Origin: Waterburya sp. | Lineage (GTDB): Bacteria > Cyanobacteriota > Cyanobacteriia > Cyanobacteriales > Xenococcaceae | Direction of reading: 5' to 3' | Length of the DNA: 64,000 nt | NCBI GenBank assembly: GCA_965217895.1 | Contig: CBDCJV010000002.1 | Coordinates: 4,320,001-4,384,000, forward strand | Made by a program: the position numbers and the translations under genes | In this document: positions 29,065-39,810 of the stretch, one piece after another | Layout: each line of letters starts with the position of its first letter | Numbering within the stretch: the first letter of the stretch is position 1 | Notes under the pieces: generated by a model | Databases searched by the model: none | What the model was told of the DNA's origin: nothing | What the model saw: only the letters and a program-made list of their open reading frames with translations

Positions 29065-31287
29065 TTAATACTGTATTTTTAGCCGATCGACTTTCTTAGA
29101 GTTGAAAAACATTAAAGGTCTGAGTAAAAGCTTGAATAAGATCAAGACTGACTGTAATTCATTAGGAGTGTTGCGTATTTTCCATTGACCAGGACGGCAA
29201 TACAACATCTGAACTAATTCTCGCTGCTGCTCAATGCTTAGATTTTGGAACTTAATGACCGCTCTTAAAGAACCATCTTGGAGATAGCTACGGGTGATTT
29301 TTCCTGAGAGGAATAATATTTCTGGTATTAGTTCAACCACTACATCTGTCGCCAAGTTGGTTGTCTGTTCTAAAAATATCTCTACTCCCTCTTCTGATAT
29401 TTTTTGGGTAATTCCCTGATAGGCAAAGTTACCACTATAGATATTGACTTCTTTTTTTAAGTCAAACCATTCATAAAAACTTGGCTTCGGTAGATCCAAC
29501 AGAGTCATCATGGCAACGCTAATGGTTAGCAAATTGTAGCTACTCCAATACAAGCCTAGATTAAAACTAACGTCAGGAGGATGGAGAATATTCATGCTAA
29601 AGCTAATTAAAGTGGCAACAAATAAAATAGTCATCGGTAAAGCCAGTGACCAATTGTAGTTAAATTTGTCTCTAGCCATACCTTTGGGAGTCACTTTAAA
29701 TCCTTTGCCAAACGGACTAAACATGACCTTGAATACGGTAATAGTTACGGGGATAGCCTGAACTAGAGAATACACATCAGATAGCAATATAGAACGCGAT
29801 CGCTTGTTCATCCAAGCAAACACAGTTAGCTGCATTACGTAATAAGGCAAGAAAATATAAACAAGTTCTGATAAGCTGGCTAAAACAGGATTGACTTGGA
29901 TAAAAATACAGACTAAAGGAAAAATCAGAAAGAAAACGCGAGGAATACAGGTAAACCAGTGCAGTATGCCGTCAAAATGCCCTAGTCTTTGCCACAAATT
30001 CAAACCGCGAATAGTTAGAGGGTTGGATTTAATAAAGAAAGCCTGTAAAGTTCCTCTAACCCAGCGTAGACGTTGTTCGATATGTGCGCCAATACTTTCG
30101 GCTGACAAACCTGCACTCAGTTTTTCATCTAGATAAACTAAGTCATAACCTTTGGCAGATAATTTTATACCTGTGAAGTAATCTTCACATAATGATTCGG
30201 TAACAAAGTAACCAATTTCTTGTAAGGCTTTTCTTCTAGCAACAAAGGATGTACCCGAACAGACAACGCTACCCGTACCGTCTTTAATTGGCTGTAAATG
30301 ACGATAAAAAAGCTCTTCTTCGGAGGTTAAAACCTTTTGCAACCCAAGATTATGAGCAATCGGATCGCAGTTATAAAAGCTTTGGGGAGTTTGGACTAAA
30401 GCAACCTTGTCTTGCTGGAAAAAACCAACGGTACGTTCTAAAAAATTAGCTGTAGGTACAAAATCAGCATCAAAAACCACTACCAATTCGCCATTAGTTT
30501 TCCTCAAGGCATGATTCAAGTTACCCGCTTTGGCATGGGAATTGACAGATCGGGTGATATAGTAACAACCTAACTCTTGAGCTAAATGCCTAATGCTTTG
30601 TCTATTGGTGTCGTCGAGGACATAAATTTTTTTATGAGCATAATTTATTGCCTGACAGCCGATAATGGTTCGTTTAAGAATAAAGTCTGGCTCATTATAG
30701 GTAGGAATCAAAATATCCACGCTGGGATTGTATCTATTTTCCTTTACCGCCACGCTGTATTTATCTGCCTCAGCGTCTCTATTTTTGACAGTAAAAAGCA
30801 GCAATGCTTGTAATGCGCTGCCAGCCACTGCTAGAAACTCCATCCCTAATAGCAAAATGCTAAAGATGCCGTCTACTGGATCGGCTAGATTGAGAGTAGA
30901 AAGCGATCGCCACAAAAAGTAGCGGATAAATAATGCCAGCAGTATAGTTGCAACTAAGCGTCTTGACCAAGGTTTAGGCTGAGGAGATAACTTGATTACG
31001 ACTTGTGCCAGGAGAAATAAAACCAGGGTTGGCACTAACAAATAGTACTTATTGCTTACTTGTGGGGGATTTAACCACCTAGGAGAATTTTGTTCGACTA
31101 AGCGTAATTGAATAAATAGCTCAGTTACATGACTATTGCCTAGTAGCCAAGAAATGGCGATCGCACCTAAGCAACCCGACACAGATAAAATCAGCAAAGT
31201 GGGAATACGCAGCGGAAATCTTCTTAATGACTTCCTAGCAACGTAAACCCTTCTTTTTACTCCTGAGACTGGCTTGATGGTTTGCAT
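29065..31287 (-). CDS. Cellulose-synthase-like processive GT2 with C-terminal PilZ-like region
   Basis: PTYNE, DD, HAKAGN, FDAD, QTPQ, ED, QRLRW, FKVTPK. Confidence 0.85.
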   Translation of the reverse strand: MQTIKPVSGVKRRVYVARKSLRRFPLRIPTLLILSVSGCLGAIAISWLLGNSHVTELFIQLRLVEQNSPRWLNPPQVSNKYYLLVPTLVLFLLAQVVIKLSPQPKPWSRRLVATILLALFIRYFLWRSLSTLNLADPVDGIFSILLLGMEFLAVAGSALQALLLFTVKNRDAEADKYSVAVKENRYNPSVDILIPTYNEPDFILKRTIIGCQAINYAHKKIYVLDDTNRQSIRHLAQELGCYYITRSVNSHAKAGNLNHALRKTNGELVVVFDADFVPTANFLERTVGFFQQDKVALVQTPQSFYNCDPIAHNLGLQKVLTSEEELFYRHLQPIKDGTGSVVCSGTSFVARRKALQEIGYFVTESLCEDYFTGIKLSAKGYDLVYLDEKLSAGLSAESIGAHIEQRLRWVRGTLQAFFIKSNPLTIRGLNLWQRLGHFDGILHWFTCIPRVFFLIFPLVCIFIQVNPVLASLSELVYIFLPYYVMQLTVFAWMNKRSRSILLSDVYSLVQAIPVTITVFKVMFSPFGKGFKVTPKGMARDKFNYNWSLALPMTILFVATLISFSMNILHPPDVSFNLGLYWSSYNLLTISVAMMTLLDLPKPSFYEWFDLKKEVNIYSGNFAYQGITQKISEEGVEIFLEQTTNLATDVVVELIPEILFLSGKITRSYLQDGSLRAVIKFQNLSIEQQRELVQMLYCRPGQWKIRNTPNELQSVLILFKLLLRPLMFFNSKKVDRLKIQY

Positions 31288-31960
31288 TATTTATCAGAGT
31301 TTTTATACCTATCCAAGTAGCCACAGCTTAACAAAAGATATGTAAATTTCTCGTTAATATACAATTTTATAAAGGGTAGCTGTTGTTCACTTTATCTGGT
31401 TTTTTACTTTTTATAGTTATGGCATTAGCTAAATCTAATTAACTAAATCTTAAATGCTCGTATTTATCAAAAATTTAATCTACTTACTGCCAATTAAATT
31501 GATTTAAATATACTGATTATTAGTCGTCATTTTTAATTTTCATCTTTACAAAAACAGTTTAAAGTAATTGACACACAAGAAGCTACTTCAATCCAGACCT
31601 TAAATTAAATACAGCGTAAAATCTGAATCAATTAGTAATCTAGGTATTTAATTTTAAAAAATAAAAGCAGAAATAAATTGATATCTTTGTCACAGCTAGA
31701 CGCAATTTTTGCTGCACCTACTAACTAAAAACAACAACTATCTTGCCAGACAAGATAAATTAAAATCTAGATTATAAATTGATAGCCTATAAATATAGTC
31801 AAGTAATATATCAACTATTTTTTAGAAAACAAAATTTTAGACCAAAAAATGTGTTTTAAAATACAATTTTGTACTTGTTATTGCTTATTTAGCGACCAAT
31901 CATAATCTAAATACTTTACCTGATAGTCATTTTGTTCTATGTATTGGCGGTCTACAGAAT

Positions 31961-32111
31961 TCAATATTGATTAACTGCTGCTACTTCTTGTGATGAAGAT
32001 GTCTTGGTAGCTAGTTGGGATGCTGTCTGTTGAGAATTAGCCAAATTGGTGTAGGCAGAAATTGCCATAATACTAGCTAGCAATACCAGTAATTAATAAA
32101 TATCTTCTCAT
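31961..32111 (-). pseudogene. Possible small secreted protein interrupted by a 1-nt insertion
   Basis: MRRYLL, then in the +1 frame LLVLLASIMAISAYTNLANSQQ...VNQY*; 151 nt = 50 codons + 1. Confidence 0.3.
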
Positions 32112-32168
32112 CTATAGTTTAGTATTTTTGCATCAGGTTGTTTTACATCGAGATTATCTTGCCTGACT

Positions 32169-35100
32169 TTACTGATTAGTGTTTACATTCTCTAAAGGGC
32201 GGATAATAGCTTTAGGATCGCTTTTGCCGTTAAAGATTGTTTCAATAGCTTTATCCAAAGTCTCTGCCATCACGATTTGATTATCGTAAACAACAATTAC
32301 TCTTGCCAAAGTAGGTAAACTATTTTCTTCTGCCTCAATATATAAAGGCTCAACGTACAGCAAGGACTGATCGATGGGAATAATTAAAAGATTTCCTTGG
32401 ATTGCCCTCGATCCTTGCCGATTCCAGAGGGATATTTGTTGAGAAATCACGGGATCTTGGTTGATTAAAGCCTCTATTTGATTTGGTCCGTAAATTAGCT
32501 TTTGCTTAGGAAATTTGTAGAGTAAGAGTTTGCCATATTCTGCACCGTCGGATCTGGCTGCTAACCAAGCAATTAAATTAGGACGACTAGTAGGAGTGTA
32601 AGGATGCAGTAAAATAAATTCTTCTTGGGTGGCGGTGGGTAGCCTCATAATTAGGTAATAAGGTGCTACCGCCTGGGATTTCGTGCCATAAATTTCTTTA
32701 GGAATTTGCCACTGATCCTCTCGGTTGTAAAATACCTGGGGATCTGTCATGTGATAGGTAAGCAGCCTTTCTGACTGGATACTAAATAAATCTTCAGGGT
32801 AGCGGATGTGTCGGCGCAATTCTAAAGGCATCGCCGAAAGAGGTTTAAATAGCTGAGGAAAAACCTTGTCCCAAGTTTGAATTATCGGATCTGTAGGGTC
32901 AGCAATATAGAAATCTGTCTTGCCATTATAAGCATCCACAACAACTTTAACGGAGTTACGGAGATAGTTAAAACTATTTTTGCCTGGATCGGAATAAGGA
33001 TAGCGATCGCTGGTAGTATAAGCATCAATGATCCAGTAAAGATAATCCCGATTATTAGTTTGATCATCGGGTTTGGCAGCGACTAAATAAGGATCTTGGT
33101 CATAATTGAGAAATGGGGCGATTTCTTTGACTCTTTGTCTGATATTGCGTCGAAATAGTAGTTTAGTATCAGCAGTAAAGTTTTGGGCAAACAACATCTG
33201 CCAATCTTTGAGATACTCGGCAAACAATACCCGTTGGAAATAGTTGCCAATCTTAATTCCGCCTGTACCCTGATAAACTGTGTAAACATTTTCTTCGCCA
33301 CTAGGAAAATCTAATTCTTGAACCTTAGTCGAAGTCATAACATAAGGATTGGTCAATTCACCGTAATAAATGCGGGGTTTACCAATGGGTATACTTTGGC
33401 GAATTACCTCATCAGATACCGTTAAAGTGCCTGATTCTTGGCTACCTGTACCAATATCTTTGATGTAGTAGTAGGGCAAACCTCCTGCTGCTACGCGATT
33501 AACGGGAGACAAAGTAAAACCATAGCCATGAGTGTAAATTAGATGTTCATTAACCCAGGTTTTAGCGATCTCTAAAACTTGACGATAATCTAGCTCTCTA
33601 GCTGCAATAATTACCTGCTGTTTGTAGGCTGCCGCATCGTTTTTACTTAGTAAATAGCGATCAATGTCCGCATTATAAAATTGATAATAAGGACGAATCT
33701 GCTGGAGTTGACGGTTAGTTTGCAGGATGGGACGAGTATCCCATAGACGAATATTTTTAATCGTCGAATCGTTATCCCGTATATCTTGAGCAGTTAATTG
33801 ACCTTGAGGATTAAAGGTCTGTGCCTCTATATTATCTAAATTAAAAGCCCTGCGAGTCATCTTAATACTACGTTGAATATAAGGTCGTTCCTTGACTAAC
33901 TCATTAGGTTGAACTACCAAACGCTGCACTGTAGAACTCAAAACACTACTAAAGGAATAAATTAATAGATAAGCTGCAAAAGGTAAAACCAAAAAAATAA
34001 TTCGTTTAAATTTGCGCCGTTGAATCTGGAGATTTTGATAGCCAGTCCAGCCTTTATAAAACAACCAAACAGCAGCAATAAGAGATACAGCAGTCAAACA
34101 TATTTCAATAGGTAGCTGAACTTTGATATTGGTATACCCTGCACCAAAAACCACCCCGCGAGAGCTATAGAGTAGATCGTAGCGATTGAGCCAGTGTTGC
34201 CAAGCCAAGGCAATCATTACTACTCCACCTAAAAAAGAGAGATGACGCAGTTGAATTTTGGCAAAACCAGGAAAGCGACCTTCAGATAAACTATTGCCTG
34301 ATAGTAAATAAAATAAGGCACAAGATATCAAAGCAAAACAGGATAAGCCAATTGACCAAGATTCTACTAACTGCCACAAAGGTAAGCGAAAAATATAAAA
34401 ACTAATATCTTGATTAAATTGTGGATCGCTAAAATCGAAGTTAGATAAATTTAAAAAGCGCAAAAATATTGCCCACTTACCCGCAGCAATCAAGCCAAAA
34501 ATCAGACTAATTAAAATAGCGATCGCTCTTAAGCTAGCTTGAGGTTTCCACAACAGCAGGGTGACAAAGATAACAACTATTGTTAACTGCCGTAAATAGC
34601 TTAAAAGAAAGCCCGTAACATTAGCCAAATTAAAGGCATCTAAAGGGGGTTTTAAGGTAGCAGCAATTTGTGGTAAATGATAACTGGTCTGCCATACAGC
34701 CAAAGCAGATTGAGCGTAGTTTAAAATAATGCAGGTAATGCCAACGGCAAGAGCGATCGCTGCAAATAATAATAAAGGTAATTTTAAACGAGGAGAATAA
34801 GTTTTTTTGTCTGGATAACGTCTTGCAGGTACTTGTTTTCCCCAGCTAACTTTATCAGCCTCTGGTAAAACTAATTTTTGTTGAGGAGTATAGGGAATAC
34901 CCGCATCATACCAATCATCTTTTGGTAGCCACTGCCATTGCCAACGATTTGCTAGCCGAAGATTAAGCCATAAAAATAGTATGGAACTACTGGTGACTAA
35001 AAAGCAAAGTAGATATTGACTTAGGCGACGAATTAAAAAAGTTGCCAGATAATCTACTTCCCTAAACCAAAGAATTTCGGCAAACAACCGTGACGACAAC

Positions 35101-35189
35101 TCAAATATTAGCCACAAGCCGAGAATAATTGCGATCGCTCCTAATACTGATTTATAAAGCTGTTTCATAGAATTATTAACAGTTGACAA
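32169..35189 (-). CDS. UPF0182-family membrane protein
   Basis: DPQFNQDISFY.F.LP, NIRLWD, YTHGYG, NYLRNSVKVVVDAY.G, LLYVEPLY. Confidence 0.92.
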   Translation of the reverse strand: MSTVNNSMKQLYKSVLGAIAIILGLWLIFELSSRLFAEILWFREVDYLATFLIRRLSQYLLCFLVTSSSILFLWLNLRLANRWQWQWLPKDDWYDAGIPYTPQQKLVLPEADKVSWGKQVPARRYPDKKTYSPRLKLPLLLFAAIALAVGITCIILNYAQSALAVWQTSYHLPQIAATLKPPLDAFNLANVTGFLLSYLRQLTIVVIFVTLLLWKPQASLRAIAILISLIFGLIAAGKWAIFLRFLNLSNFDFSDPQFNQDISFYIFRLPLWQLVESWSIGLSCFALISCALFYLLSGNSLSEGRFPGFAKIQLRHLSFLGGVVMIALAWQHWLNRYDLLYSSRGVVFGAGYTNIKVQLPIEICLTAVSLIAAVWLFYKGWTGYQNLQIQRRKFKRIIFLVLPFAAYLLIYSFSSVLSSTVQRLVVQPNELVKERPYIQRSIKMTRRAFNLDNIEAQTFNPQGQLTAQDIRDNDSTIKNIRLWDTRPILQTNRQLQQIRPYYQFYNADIDRYLLSKNDAAAYKQQVIIAARELDYRQVLEIAKTWVNEHLIYTHGYGFTLSPVNRVAAGGLPYYYIKDIGTGSQESGTLTVSDEVIRQSIPIGKPRIYYGELTNPYVMTSTKVQELDFPSGEENVYTVYQGTGGIKIGNYFQRVLFAEYLKDWQMLFAQNFTADTKLLFRRNIRQRVKEIAPFLNYDQDPYLVAAKPDDQTNNRDYLYWIIDAYTTSDRYPYSDPGKNSFNYLRNSVKVVVDAYNGKTDFYIADPTDPIIQTWDKVFPQLFKPLSAMPLELRRHIRYPEDLFSIQSERLLTYHMTDPQVFYNREDQWQIPKEIYGTKSQAVAPYYLIMRLPTATQEEFILLHPYTPTSRPNLIAWLAARSDGAEYGKLLLYKFPKQKLIYGPNQIEALINQDPVISQQISLWNRQGSRAIQGNLLIIPIDQSLLYVEPLYIEAEENSLPTLARVIVVYDNQIVMAETLDKAIETIFNGKSDPKAIIRPLENVNTNQ

Positions 35190-35263
35190 TGACTGAGTAT
35201 CATTATTTAAAAATCAATCTGGGTTTGCTGGTAATTGCAACCCTTATCGCATTTAGTTCAGTA

Positions 35264-35456
35264 ACTGATATTACGCAGCATGGGGTCATGGAGTAGTGAA
35301 TAAGGAGTATAGAAGATAGGGTCGATCTTTGGAGTGGTGGAGTGATGGTGGAGATAGAGGAGTAATTACCTCAAACACCTCACCACCACAAATACCTCAT
35401 TACCCCAAACACCCCACTACCCAGTCTTCACAGATCGATAAATGCGTAACATCAGT
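35264..35456. mobile_element. MITE-like element (family C) with 14-bp terminal inverted repeats and 5-bp duplication
   Basis: actgatattacgca...tgcgtaacatcagt (1 mismatch), flanked by cagta on both sides. Confidence 0.65.
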
Positions 35457-35613
35457 CAGTAAGGGTTGATATTGTCATAAAACAATTTTATTGTATGACT
35501 TAAGAGCTAGTTTATTGAGTATTTTTTGACTCCACTGGTTTACTTCTTATAGATGTTTTGGTCAAGGCTGAGTCTGTAGAATTGAATTTGTAAAGGTTAT
35601 TAAAGGAAAAAGC

Positions 35614-35838
35614 ATGAGTGACTATACTCCCGTAAGCTGCGAACTATACGATCGCCTAGAAGCTACAGCAACACTAAAAAAAGAATGTCATTTAACTTAT
35701 TTGAATGAAAACAATCAACTCAATGAAGTACGCGGTCAGATAGTAGATGTGTACGCTGCTGACGGTGCCGATTGGTGTAAGTTAAACGATGATACAATAA
35801 TTCGTCTCGATAAGATTGAAGAGTTTGAACAAAACTAG
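35614..35838 (+). CDS. Rof/YaeO-like small protein (Rho-binding antiterminator family)
   Basis: Y.P.SC..YD.LE N-terminus and IRLDKI C-terminus; aagga RBS. Confidence 0.7.
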   Translation: MSDYTPVSCELYDRLEATATLKKECHLTYLNENNQLNEVRGQIVDVYAADGADWCKLNDDTIIRLDKIEEFEQN

Positions 35839-35972
35839 ACTTTTTTGATCGGCGAGCGCTACTTATTACTCTTAACCTAATTGCGCTGGGCGCACTGCAT
35901 TTGTCAGTTAATTCGTTGTTTAATATTTAATGAAGGTGAAAAAAAACCAAATTAATAATTAACAATTAGCAA

Positions 35973-36704
35973 ATGACAAATCTCAGCGTCAACTTAAATA
36001 AAGTGGCATTAATTAGAAATACTCGTAATATTGGTATTCCCAGTATTACGAAAATGGCACAAATATGTATTGATGCTGGTGCTAAAGGAATTACGGTTCA
36101 CCCTCGTCCAGACCAAAGGCACATTCGACCAGGGGATGTTTATGATTTGCTAGATGTAGTAACTCCCGTAGAATTTAATATTGAAGGGAATCCTTTGGAG
36201 GTTTCTTTTATGGAGATTGTCCGTAAAGTTAAGCCGACACAATGTACTCTTGTTCCTGATACTCCTGACACCTTTACTTCTGATAGCGGTTGGGATCTAA
36301 CTAAAGATAAAGAGCGATTAATGCCAATCATTAAAGAGTTACAGAGTCTGGGGAGTCGAGTTAGTTTGTTCATGGATGCAGATATTGAGCAAATTAGTCT
36401 TGTCCCTGCCACTGGTGCAGAGCGAATTGAACTCTATACTGAACCTTACGCTACGGCATATCGAGAAAATAAAGATTTAGAAGCCACTTGGCAACAGTTT
36501 GCCGATGCAGCACAAAAAGCGCAAGAGTTAGGTTTGGGAGTAAATGCAGGACACGACCTTAACCTAGATAATTTGGCTAAATTCTGCACCATCCCTGGCA
36601 TCTTAGAAGTATCTATCGGTCATGCTTTGACTGCCGAAGCTTTGGAAATGGGTTTTGCTCAAACGGTTAAAAAATATATCAAGATTTTGGCTCAATCTGC
36701 TTAG
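35973..36704 (+). CDS. pdxJ: Pyridoxine 5'-phosphate synthase
   Basis: LSVNLNKVALIRN, ITVHPRPDQRHI, IELYTE, VNAGHDL, EVSIGH. Confidence 0.95.
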   Translation: MTNLSVNLNKVALIRNTRNIGIPSITKMAQICIDAGAKGITVHPRPDQRHIRPGDVYDLLDVVTPVEFNIEGNPLEVSFMEIVRKVKPTQCTLVPDTPDTFTSDSGWDLTKDKERLMPIIKELQSLGSRVSLFMDADIEQISLVPATGAERIELYTEPYATAYRENKDLEATWQQFADAAQKAQELGLGVNAGHDLNLDNLAKFCTIPGILEVSIGHALTAEALEMGFAQTVKKYIKILAQSA

Positions 36705-36770
36705 GACATTTGTTTCTTGTTGGGATAGCTTTAAGCCTTAATACTAAGTGATACTAAATCCGATTGATTA

Positions 36771-37988
36771 ATGTACAAAGAAGACAAAATTAAAGTAAGT
36801 CAAAAGTTGCATCGTCAACCAAAAAATTCTCAGGATCATAGTTGGCGATTTTGGGCAACCGTACCAATTTACCCTTATAGCAAACGGCGCACTATCTGTA
36901 AAGAAGTACTTAAAGATACTATCTGGACTTTTGACCAACTCCAAGGCATTTTTTATGTAGTTGTCCCCATTCGCATGACCATCATTAAGCTAAAATCTGG
37001 TGGACTATTAGTATACGCACCTGTCGCTCCTACCCCTGAATGTATTCGCCTTGTTCGAGAATTGGTGGCACGCCATGGAGACGTTAAATATATTATCTTG
37101 CCCACCATTTCAGGTCTAGAACATAAATACGTTGTTGGCCCTTTTGCCCGTAAGTTTCCCCAGGCTACAGTATATGTTGCTCCAAAGCAATGGAGTTTTC
37201 CTGTCGATCTGCCCTTAAGCTGGCTGGGTTTTCCTGGTAAACGGACTAAGGTATTGCCCCAAGACAGTAGCCAAACTCCTTTTAGTGATGAATTTGATTA
37301 CGCAATTTTAGGAGATATTGATTTAAGGTTGGGTCAATTTGCCGAAGTTGCTTTTTTACATAAGCGATCGCAAACTCTTTTGGTCACAGACTCGATTGTT
37401 TCTATCCCCGCAAAGCCTCCCGAAATTATTGAGCAGGATCTTTATCCTTTGCTGTTTCATGCCAGAGACAGTGCCACCGAAGCAATATCTGATACTCAAG
37501 GCAACCGTATCCGAGGTTGGCAAAGAATCTGTTTATTTGCCATGTATTTTCGCTCTAGTGTTCTAGATATACCCAGTGTTTTTAAAACGCTTAAAGATGC
37601 AGGGCGATCGCCAAATAAGTCGGCACAAGCATATTGGGGACTGTATCCTTTTCAATGGCAACTCAACTGGGAAGAGGCATTTGAGACTTTACGCAATGAT
37701 GGTCGCCCTCTGGTTGCGCCGATTTTACAAACGCTAATTCTCAATCGCGCTCCGATTGAAACTTTAGCCTGGGCAGATGCGATCGCGCTGTGGAATTTCA
37801 CTCAAATTATTCCCTGTCATTTTGCTGCCCCAGTTAACATCACTCCTCAAGAATTTCGCCAAGCATTTTCTTTTTTAGAATCCAATCTTGCTAATTCTTC
37901 TCGGTTTCCTGAGACTGACCTACAAACCTTGAAAAATATTGATGCTTTACTATACAAGCCAGGTATTATTCCCCCTCCTAAAATTTAG
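36771..37988 (+). CDS. DUF4336-family protein
   Basis: YPY..RRT, RMTIIKL, EHK, LLVTD, IIPCHF. Confidence 0.8.
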   Translation: MYKEDKIKVSQKLHRQPKNSQDHSWRFWATVPIYPYSKRRTICKEVLKDTIWTFDQLQGIFYVVVPIRMTIIKLKSGGLLVYAPVAPTPECIRLVRELVARHGDVKYIILPTISGLEHKYVVGPFARKFPQATVYVAPKQWSFPVDLPLSWLGFPGKRTKVLPQDSSQTPFSDEFDYAILGDIDLRLGQFAEVAFLHKRSQTLLVTDSIVSIPAKPPEIIEQDLYPLLFHARDSATEAISDTQGNRIRGWQRICLFAMYFRSSVLDIPSVFKTLKDAGRSPNKSAQAYWGLYPFQWQLNWEEAFETLRNDGRPLVAPILQTLILNRAPIETLAWADAIALWNFTQIIPCHFAAPVNITPQEFRQAFSFLESNLANSSRFPETDLQTLKNIDALLYKPGIIPPPKI

Positions 37989-38116
37989 CTAGGTTAACCG
38001 TTAACAATAAATAAGCTTTAAAGTCGATTGAGTTAAGAATTTTAAACATCAGCCAAATTTATCTGAGTTATCACCATCGAAATTAAAACTTAAATAACAA
38101 CTTTATTATGCTATGA

Positions 38117-38147
38117 AAAGACCTTGTTTCTGATTACGAGGTCTTTT
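38117..38147 (+). terminator. Probable intrinsic terminator
   Basis: aagacctt..gaggtctt stem followed by Ts. Confidence 0.45.
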
Positions 38148-38370
38148 ATCGTCAAAAATATTAAATCAACTGCTAAAATCTTGCCCAGACTCGCCTTTTT
38201 AACTAATGCACGCCTAAAATAAATAGTTTAATTCGCGGATGTTGAGTGTATGGTAATGTTATAAGCCAGTTTGAAGAAATAGATTGACAATCTAGCATTT
38301 GGTTATTTTCCAAAAAAAAAGTAACAATTAAGTCAAGAGAGATCTTTTTTATCTACAGTAGCTACATAAT

Positions 38371-39699
38371 ATGATAACCATTGAAGAAGCTTTGCATTTA
38401 GTTGATAATGCCGTTAATCCTGAAAGGCTAAACTCTGTACAAGAGCTTATTTTAACTCAATGTTGGTCTGGCAAAACTTATCAAGAAATTGCTAATTCTT
38501 CAGGATATGACCCTGACTATATTAGGGTAGTTGGTTCTAGACTTTGGCAGCTTCTATCAGATTCTTTTGGAGAAAAGATTACTAAAAATAACTTTCGCTC
38601 AATTTTAAGACAGCAGGTTGGCAAGGTAGAAGAGAAAGACAGCACCAAAGGATATATTACAGCTTTAGAGTTACCTGAAACTCCTATTCCTCTAGATTCT
38701 GCCCTATATGTTCAGCGTCCTCCTACAGAGGAGCAAGCTTATGAAGAAATTGTCAAACCAGGAGCCTTAATTAGAATTAAAGCTGCTAAACATATGGGAA
38801 AAACTTCTCTGGTGATGAGGATTTTGGCTCAGGCACAGTCTCGTGGTTATCATACCGTTAGATTAAATTTTTTACAGGCAGAAGATAGTGTAATTAGCAA
38901 TTTAGAACGTTTATTGCGTTGGTTTTGTGCCAATATTAGCCTTCAGCTAGGTGTAGAATCTAGGCTCAATGATTATTGGGACGAGGATTTAGGTTTTAAA
39001 GTTAGCTGTACTACCTACCTACAGGGATATATTTTAGGTCAACTAGACAGCCCTTTGGTCGTTACTTTAGATGAAGTTCACCGTCTTTTCCGCTATCCTC
39101 AAGTTGCTCAGGAATTTTTGCCTTTATTACGCTTTTGGCACGAAGAGGCTAATAATGTCCCTGTGTGGCAAAGATTTCGCCTGATTGTTACCCATTCTAC
39201 CGAAATTTGTGTTTCTCTCAATCTCAATCAATCACCCTTCAACGTTGGTTTAGCTCTTAAGCTGAGTGATTTTAATTGGGAACAGGTACAAGAATTAGCC
39301 AAACGCTACAGTTTAGATAGCATTAATCCTCCTTTGCTTCCAGAACAACTTAAGTCTCTAAGACAAATTGTGGATGGTCATCCCTATTTACTCAACTTGG
39401 CTTTTTGCCATTTGGTGACTCAAAATAACAATATAGAGCAACTAATTGCAGAAGCTACAACCGATACAGGAATTTATCGAGGTCATTTGCGAAGTCATTT
39501 AGCTGCTTTGGGAAAACATCCTGAATTAGCTAAAGCTTATAAACAGGTAGTTCAATCTGATGAAGCGGTAATCTTAAACCCAATTACTGCTTATGAGTTA
39601 GAAAGTATGGGTTTAGTAAAGTTAAAGGGAAATGAAACCACGCCTCTATGTGAATTGTATCGTCTTTACTTTCGCGATCGCCTTCAAGATATTTTCTAG
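38371..39699 (+). CDS. AAA-like (AAA_35) ATPase with N-terminal HTH
   Basis: W.GKTYQEIA N-terminus, YVQRPP.E, MGKTSL, LDEV, GHPYL, LESMGLV. Confidence 0.85.
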   Translation: MITIEEALHLVDNAVNPERLNSVQELILTQCWSGKTYQEIANSSGYDPDYIRVVGSRLWQLLSDSFGEKITKNNFRSILRQQVGKVEEKDSTKGYITALELPETPIPLDSALYVQRPPTEEQAYEEIVKPGALIRIKAAKHMGKTSLVMRILAQAQSRGYHTVRLNFLQAEDSVISNLERLLRWFCANISLQLGVESRLNDYWDEDLGFKVSCTTYLQGYILGQLDSPLVVTLDEVHRLFRYPQVAQEFLPLLRFWHEEANNVPVWQRFRLIVTHSTEICVSLNLNQSPFNVGLALKLSDFNWEQVQELAKRYSLDSINPPLLPEQLKSLRQIVDGHPYLLNLAFCHLVTQNNNIEQLIAEATTDTGIYRGHLRSHLAALGKHPELAKAYKQVVQSDEAVILNPITAYELESMGLVKLKGNETTPLCELYRLYFRDRLQDIF

Positions 39700-39810
39700 G
39701 CTATGGCTAACGTTAAAATGTTAGTGTAATTAATTTGCGTCAAAATTTGGCTAAACTAGGGAAAAGTGTTCTGTAGCTAACGAACTGCTGCCCTAATCTA
39801 GTTTGTTTTT

